This document shows positions 59,807 through 64,000 of a stretch of DNA of 64,000 nucleotides, piece by piece. The DNA is from TPA_inf: Saccharomyces. Lineage: Eukaryota. Both the position numbers and the translations under genes were made by a program. A model generated the notes under the pieces. It was not told where the DNA came from. It was given only the letters and a program-made list of their open reading frames with translations, and ran no database searches. The first letter of the stretch is position 1; every line of letters begins with the position of its first letter. The stretch lies in contig BK006938.2 of the NCBI GenBank assembly GCA_000146045.2, positions 864,001-928,000 on the forward strand. Direction: 5' to 3'.

Positions 59807-60784
59807 AATGAAAAGAGAGTATTACAAATAGACCTAGTGTTTTCAAGTACAGTTTTCTTAACTGCTCCGAAAATTGTCCTGGTAATTCTTTGCAATGCAA
59901 AATTGAAAGAGAGACTTTTAAACTACTAAACCCTTAACAGTAGAACAACATTGTCTCATTAATTTTTGAAATTTCGCTTTCTTCCCATGCCTTAGGCCAA
60001 GTTCTCATCCAATGCGTCGAGTCCTTAAAAAAAATTCGCCCGGGTAAACTAAAACTTAGATGCACTAGGTAATACCATTTGGTGATAAAGGGAATAAAAA
60101 GCAGCAAATCCTAGCTCAATTACGAAACTCTGATCACTTGGGGCCCAGCTTCATTGGCTAAATTGGTGTATCCCTTGAACCGACTACGTAAGTACGTTTT
60201 GAAAAGTGTGTAAATCTATGTATAAAAGTACATCAAAAATTAGACTGAGAAAGTTCTGTATAGCTGTACTAATACATTAGGAATAGGCTAGACTTCTTCG
60301 CCGCTGGAATAAAACAGCTGGGCCTTCTCTTCATTGGTACCACTTGCTTTGCTCTATTGAAAGTACAAAGAATAGAGCAGACGAGTGTAAACATCCTATC
60401 TGCGTTCCAACAGAAGTGCGTATTGAAGTCATCTCATGCTAATGGCCATCTCATGTAGAATAGTAAGGAAAAACGTATCTAATTTATAAAAACTTGAGTT
60501 AGATCTCAAACTTCGGTAGATTGCGCCTTATTTAACGGATGATATACACTTATTCTACTGCTCACATTACTCGTTTTACAGGAAAAAATGGTCAATGCGG
60601 GCAAAAGAAAAAAATATTGGGCGATATGTTACAAGAAAAGGGTGAGATGGAAATTTATGCTAAACATTAAGTGGAAAAAAACCATATCCATACAATAGAA
60701 GTATATATTCTGAATAAAGGGTCAATTAAATTTCACCAAGGAATAAAATATTGTTAAAGAAAGTAACAGGAAGAGAAATCGGAT

Positions 60785-62146
60785 ATGCCTGACAATAATA
60801 CGGAGCAATTGCAGGGATCTCCTTCAAGTGACCAGAGACTGAGGGTTGACTGGGACAACGGTAACCATTTTGACGTCTCTCCCGACAGATACGCGCCTCA
60901 TCTATCTGAATTTTACCCAATTGTAAATAGTAAAAGACCAGTGGCTAGCAGTGCTGGCTCAGAAAATAACGACCATCTGGACGACATGAACCATTTACGT
61001 TCATCCAAAGTGTATTCAAAGGCCCGTCGGGCATCGAGCATAACTTCTGGTACGAGCACAATAAACGACTTGCAAACGCTAATCACAAAGAGAGATGTGA
61101 AAGAGACCCAGGAAGCCCTATCGACATTACTCAGGAACTCGAATGCTTATTCGGATTCGTTATTAAAGACATCTCAGAATGGGGCAGAAATTGCCCATTC
61201 CTTAGAAAACATTGCCAAGTTGAAGGGTTGCAATGATGAAACGGCGGAGAAACTATTGAGTGCCAGTGGGTTATTCTACCTTTTATCTAATCATCAGCTT
61301 ATAATGTCAAAGTATTTCAATGACTTGTTGGGAGATAATTTAATTGATGATATTGATGAATTCGAATTACAGACCAAGATAATGGAGAACAAGTTCAAAG
61401 CACAAAGCAAAGAGCAAAGTTTAAAATTGAAATTGCAGGAAAGACATAACTTCGATATCTCGAAAAGAAAAATAAGGAATTTAATCTCATACCGAGAGAG
61501 CCTTTCTAGCTTGCAAGCAAGGTTAGATCAACTGGAGACACTAAAGCACGATTTTTACATGGATTCATACGAACTTGTGGAAAATACATGCAACAAAGTA
61601 CTCAGCAAAGTTGCCACGGTATCTAGGGCACAAGTGGAAATTTCTGAAAATATTGCAAGGAAAGGTTGGTCTGGAGGCGGGCTAGACGAACTACTTTGTG
61701 ATGCAGACGACCCCTTCAGCAAAAAAGCAGATGGGCCATACGGGACCATCGGTGGTGATGGAGAGACTGCTGGAGAAGCATACAACAGCGATGAGGAAAC
61801 GGGTGGGAATGACGTGGTGCTCAATGAACTACTAGAAGGAACCAGCCAACCTTCCACATCAAAAACATCTTTACCCAAATCCAAGGGGTCCTCAACGGTA
61901 TCCACACCGAATCATTCACAGTCAAGTTCAAACAAGGACGGGGTACGAAACAATGGCGGCGGCAAAAATGGCGAAGATGAGGATACAGACAATTTGATGG
62001 GAACAGAAAATTCATTTTCTTTACCGCCTACGAGAAACTCTGCCGAGGAAACCACACAAACGTTTAAACAATTGTCCATTAAAGAAGATAATGACAATCA
62101 CAGCAGCGATACGGACGGCATGCAAGACCAGTCAAGTAATATATAA
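60785..62146 (+). CDS. IVY1: Ivy1, phospholipid-binding protein interacting with Vps33/Ypt7, 453 aa
   Basis: 453-aa ORF beginning MPDNNTEQLQGSPSSDQRLRVDWDNGNHFDVSPDRYAPHL. Position between PCF11 and COX20. Confidence 0.82.
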   Translation: MPDNNTEQLQGSPSSDQRLRVDWDNGNHFDVSPDRYAPHLSEFYPIVNSKRPVASSAGSENNDHLDDMNHLRSSKVYSKARRASSITSGTSTINDLQTLITKRDVKETQEALSTLLRNSNAYSDSLLKTSQNGAEIAHSLENIAKLKGCNDETAEKLLSASGLFYLLSNHQLIMSKYFNDLLGDNLIDDIDEFELQTKIMENKFKAQSKEQSLKLKLQERHNFDISKRKIRNLISYRESLSSLQARLDQLETLKHDFYMDSYELVENTCNKVLSKVATVSRAQVEISENIARKGWSGGGLDELLCDADDPFSKKADGPYGTIGGDGETAGEAYNSDEETGGNDVVLNELLEGTSQPSTSKTSLPKSKGSSTVSTPNHSQSSSNKDGVRNNGGGKNGEDEDTDNLMGTENSFSLPPTRNSAEETTQTFKQLSIKEDNDNHSSDTDGMQDQSSNI

Positions 62147-62292
62147 AATTTGTAACTCTATGTATGCTTTTTATATAGAAATGGAGAAAGTGAACAATTG
62201 AAGTTATAGTATTTTCGGAGAAATGTTGCATATATACATAGGAAAACGGTTAAAAGGCCCTGCTTCTACCTTCTGTTTCCCCCTCGTTCTTT

Positions 62293-62910
62293 TCACCAGA
62301 ACTTGTACCATTTCTTCTCAGAGGAGGCCTGAGATAAATTCTGGTTACTTTGTTCAAACTGACTCTGCTTTTCATTTTTGGCGGCCTCCCATTGCCCCGG
62401 CAGAGATGGGTCATGAGGGACATTATGGAGCATTGGTTTTTCCTTTTTCGCCACGGTTTCCTTTGCCAATTGTGCGATCTGGAAACTTTTTTGTCTCTTT
62501 AGCCTACATTGCTCCCATCCGACAATCGAGCCCAGTATCAGAGAGCTCATCGCCCAATTCGTGGCCTTAGTCGGGCTCTTATGGTATATAAATATAATAG
62601 ATCCCATCAAGAACATGCTGGAAAACCCGAGCATGCCCGCGTCTCTGAAGCACGGGATTGAAGTCAGCTTCTGCAAACTAAAATCACTCCATCTGATCGA
62701 GTCCCAAGCCTCTTTCAAAGTAGCCCGTTCTTGCTTCTTGGCCAACTGAGAATTGGACAAGTCATCGGCAAACTTGGGTGGAGTGTCTTCTAAGAGGATC
62801 TTTTGACCCCGCGAGTAATTTGTCAGCACGCGATCACCATCTGCTTTACCCTGCGGTTGTTGCTGCTGCTTTTGATCTTCTGTCTGATTTGACCACGGCC
62901 ACCAACGCAT
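62293..62910 (-). CDS. COX20: Cox20, mitochondrial inner-membrane chaperone for Cox2 maturation, 205 aa
   Basis: MRWWPWSNQTEDQKQQQQPQGKADGDRV... 205 aa with two predicted TM segments (IPCFRDAGMLGFSSMFLMGSIIFIY and ATNWAMSSLILGSIVGW). Confidence 0.88.
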   Translation of the reverse strand: MRWWPWSNQTEDQKQQQQPQGKADGDRVLTNYSRGQKILLEDTPPKFADDLSNSQLAKKQERATLKEAWDSIRWSDFSLQKLTSIPCFRDAGMLGFSSMFLMGSIIFIYHKSPTKATNWAMSSLILGSIVGWEQCRLKRQKSFQIAQLAKETVAKKEKPMLHNVPHDPSLPGQWEAAKNEKQSQFEQSNQNLSQASSEKKWYKFW

Positions 62911-63451
62911 CTTTATATTAACTGTTGAGCTGCTCGTTACGCACTGCTGTGGACTTCACTACAATGCTTTACCGAGCAGTGGAGTTTGATATAGTGGTGG
63001 TACCCCCGACGGTGCTATAATAAGCTTGCCTGCACGGCTTACCCTACCGCTCGGAAAGGCCGCCTTCGTCGCTCATTGGTCTGCGGCCGCGGGCGCTTTT
63101 TGGTCATTGTTCATATATGAAGAAAGAGCAGGAACGGAAATTTTTCATCTTGCCTTGCCCATTGTTCTGATCCATGCGTTGTTAGAAATACAACGTTTGC
63201 ATCATACCAAACTTCTCCATTCCGTCAGCTGATACTCTATTCGGTTGTGTGTTGCACCCTGCTCTGCTGTCTCTCAACCGTTCTTCCTTTACACGCCTTC
63301 CCTTCTCAGCTCGCGTTTCTTTTTTTTTTATCCCACTCTTTTCTTTTTTCTTTCCTATATATTGCCCATATAAGTTTGGTTGGAAGGAAAACTAATAGAG
63401 CTAGTTGTTGTCCCTCAATAATCATAACAGTACTTAGGTTTTTTTTTCAGT

Positions 63452-64000
63452 ATGCAACGCTCCATTTTTGCGAGGTTCGGTAACTCCTCTGCCGCTGTTT
63501 CCACACTGAATAGGCTGTCCACGACAGCCGCACCACATGCGAAAAATGGCTATGCCACCGCTACTGGTGCTGGTGCCGCTGCTGCCACTGCCACAGCGTC
63601 ATCAACACATGCAGCAGCAGCAGCAGCCGCTGCTGCCAACCATTCCACCCAGGAGTCGGGTTTCGATTACGAAGGCCTGATAGATTCCGAACTGCAGAAG
63701 AAAAGACTTGACAAATCGTACAGATATTTCAACAATATCAACCGATTGGCCAAGGAGTTCCCCCTAGCTCATCGCCAGAGAGAGGCGGACAAGGTCACCG
63801 TTTGGTGTTCCAACGACTATTTAGCACTTTCCAAGCACCCTGAGGTATTGGACGCCATGCATAAAACTATCGACAAGTATGGTTGTGGTGCCGGTGGTAC
63901 AAGAAACATTGCTGGCCATAACATCCCCACTTTGAATCTGGAAGCCGAATTGGCCACTTTACACAAGAAGGAAGGTGCCTTAGTTTTTTCGTCATGTTAC
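63452..64000 (+). CDS. HEM1: Hem1, 5-aminolevulinate synthase (mitochondrial), 5' part only; runs off the window
   Basis: ATG at 63452. Translation MQRSIFARFGNSSAAVSTLNRLSTTAAPHAKNGYATATGAGAAAATATASSTHAAAAAAAAANHSTQESGFDYEGLIDSELQKKRLDKSYRYFNNINRLAKEFPLAHRQREADKVTVWCSNDYLALSKHPEVLDAMHKTIDKYGCGAGGTRNIAGHN is open to the window end. The track omits it because there is no in-window stop. Confidence 0.9.
   Translation, partial: MQRSIFARFGNSSAAVSTLNRLSTTAAPHAKNGYATATGAGAAAATATASSTHAAAAAAAAANHSTQESGFDYEGLIDSELQKKRLDKSYRYFNNINRLAKEFPLAHRQREADKVTVWCSNDYLALSKHPEVLDAMHKTIDKYGCGAGGTRNIAGHNIPTLNLEAELATLHKKEGALVFSSCY

Noticed and set aside
60180-60200. Splice-donor-like GTAAGTACG in the PCF11-IVY1 intergenic region
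   Set aside because: No upstream exon or ORF, no branch point (TACTAAC) or acceptor context found downstream. Probably a chance match.
62223-62570. 115-codon + strand ORF overlapping the 3' half of COX20 (YDR230W position)
   Set aside because: Fully antisense to the well-supported COX20 CDS, with no recognisable domain. Typical dubious overlapping ORF.

Overview
The window reads as ordinary Saccharomyces cerevisiae nuclear DNA: AT-rich, with intron-poor compact genes, Ty retrotransposons and an intron-containing tRNA. Gene content and order match the right arm of chromosome IV (YDR206W to YDR232W): EBS1(3' end)-UME6-MSS4-YDR210W-[delta debris / full-length Ty2 (+) / full-length Ty1 (-)]-tRNA-Ile(UAU)-GCD6-TCP1-UPC2-AHA1-ADR1-RAD9-SPR28-MFB1-GTB1-YDR222W-CRF1-HTB1<>HTA1-ADK1-SIR4-PCF11-IVY1-COX20-HEM1(5' end). 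Gene identities rest on my recognition of the translated products and on ORF lengths matching the known proteins; I could not run a database search. The six-frame track treats TTG and GTG as starts (shown as M), so several N-terminal extensions it reports (RAD9, SPR28, GTB1, YDR222W, SIR4) were trimmed to the first ATG that reproduces the known N-terminus. I found no evidence of a prokaryotic-type or otherwise undescribed multi-gene system; every long ORF is accounted for by a known yeast gene. The region worth the closest look is 7.4-20.5 kb. It is a Ty integration hotspot about 140 bp upstream of a tRNA gene, containing a Ty2 inserted into an older solo LTR and an inverted Ty1 that looks like a Ty1/Ty2 recombinant. 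The two 6-kb elements lie tail-to-tail only about 0.5 kb apart. Secondary observations: a GC-rich island (dubious ORF YDR215C) upstream of ADR1; repeated candidate sterol-response motifs upstream of UPC2; the HTA1-HTB1 divergent promoter with its repeated UAS motifs and a perfect ARS consensus match 3' of HTB1; several long homopolymer tracts; and a mixed CAG/CAA poly-Q repeat in PCF11.
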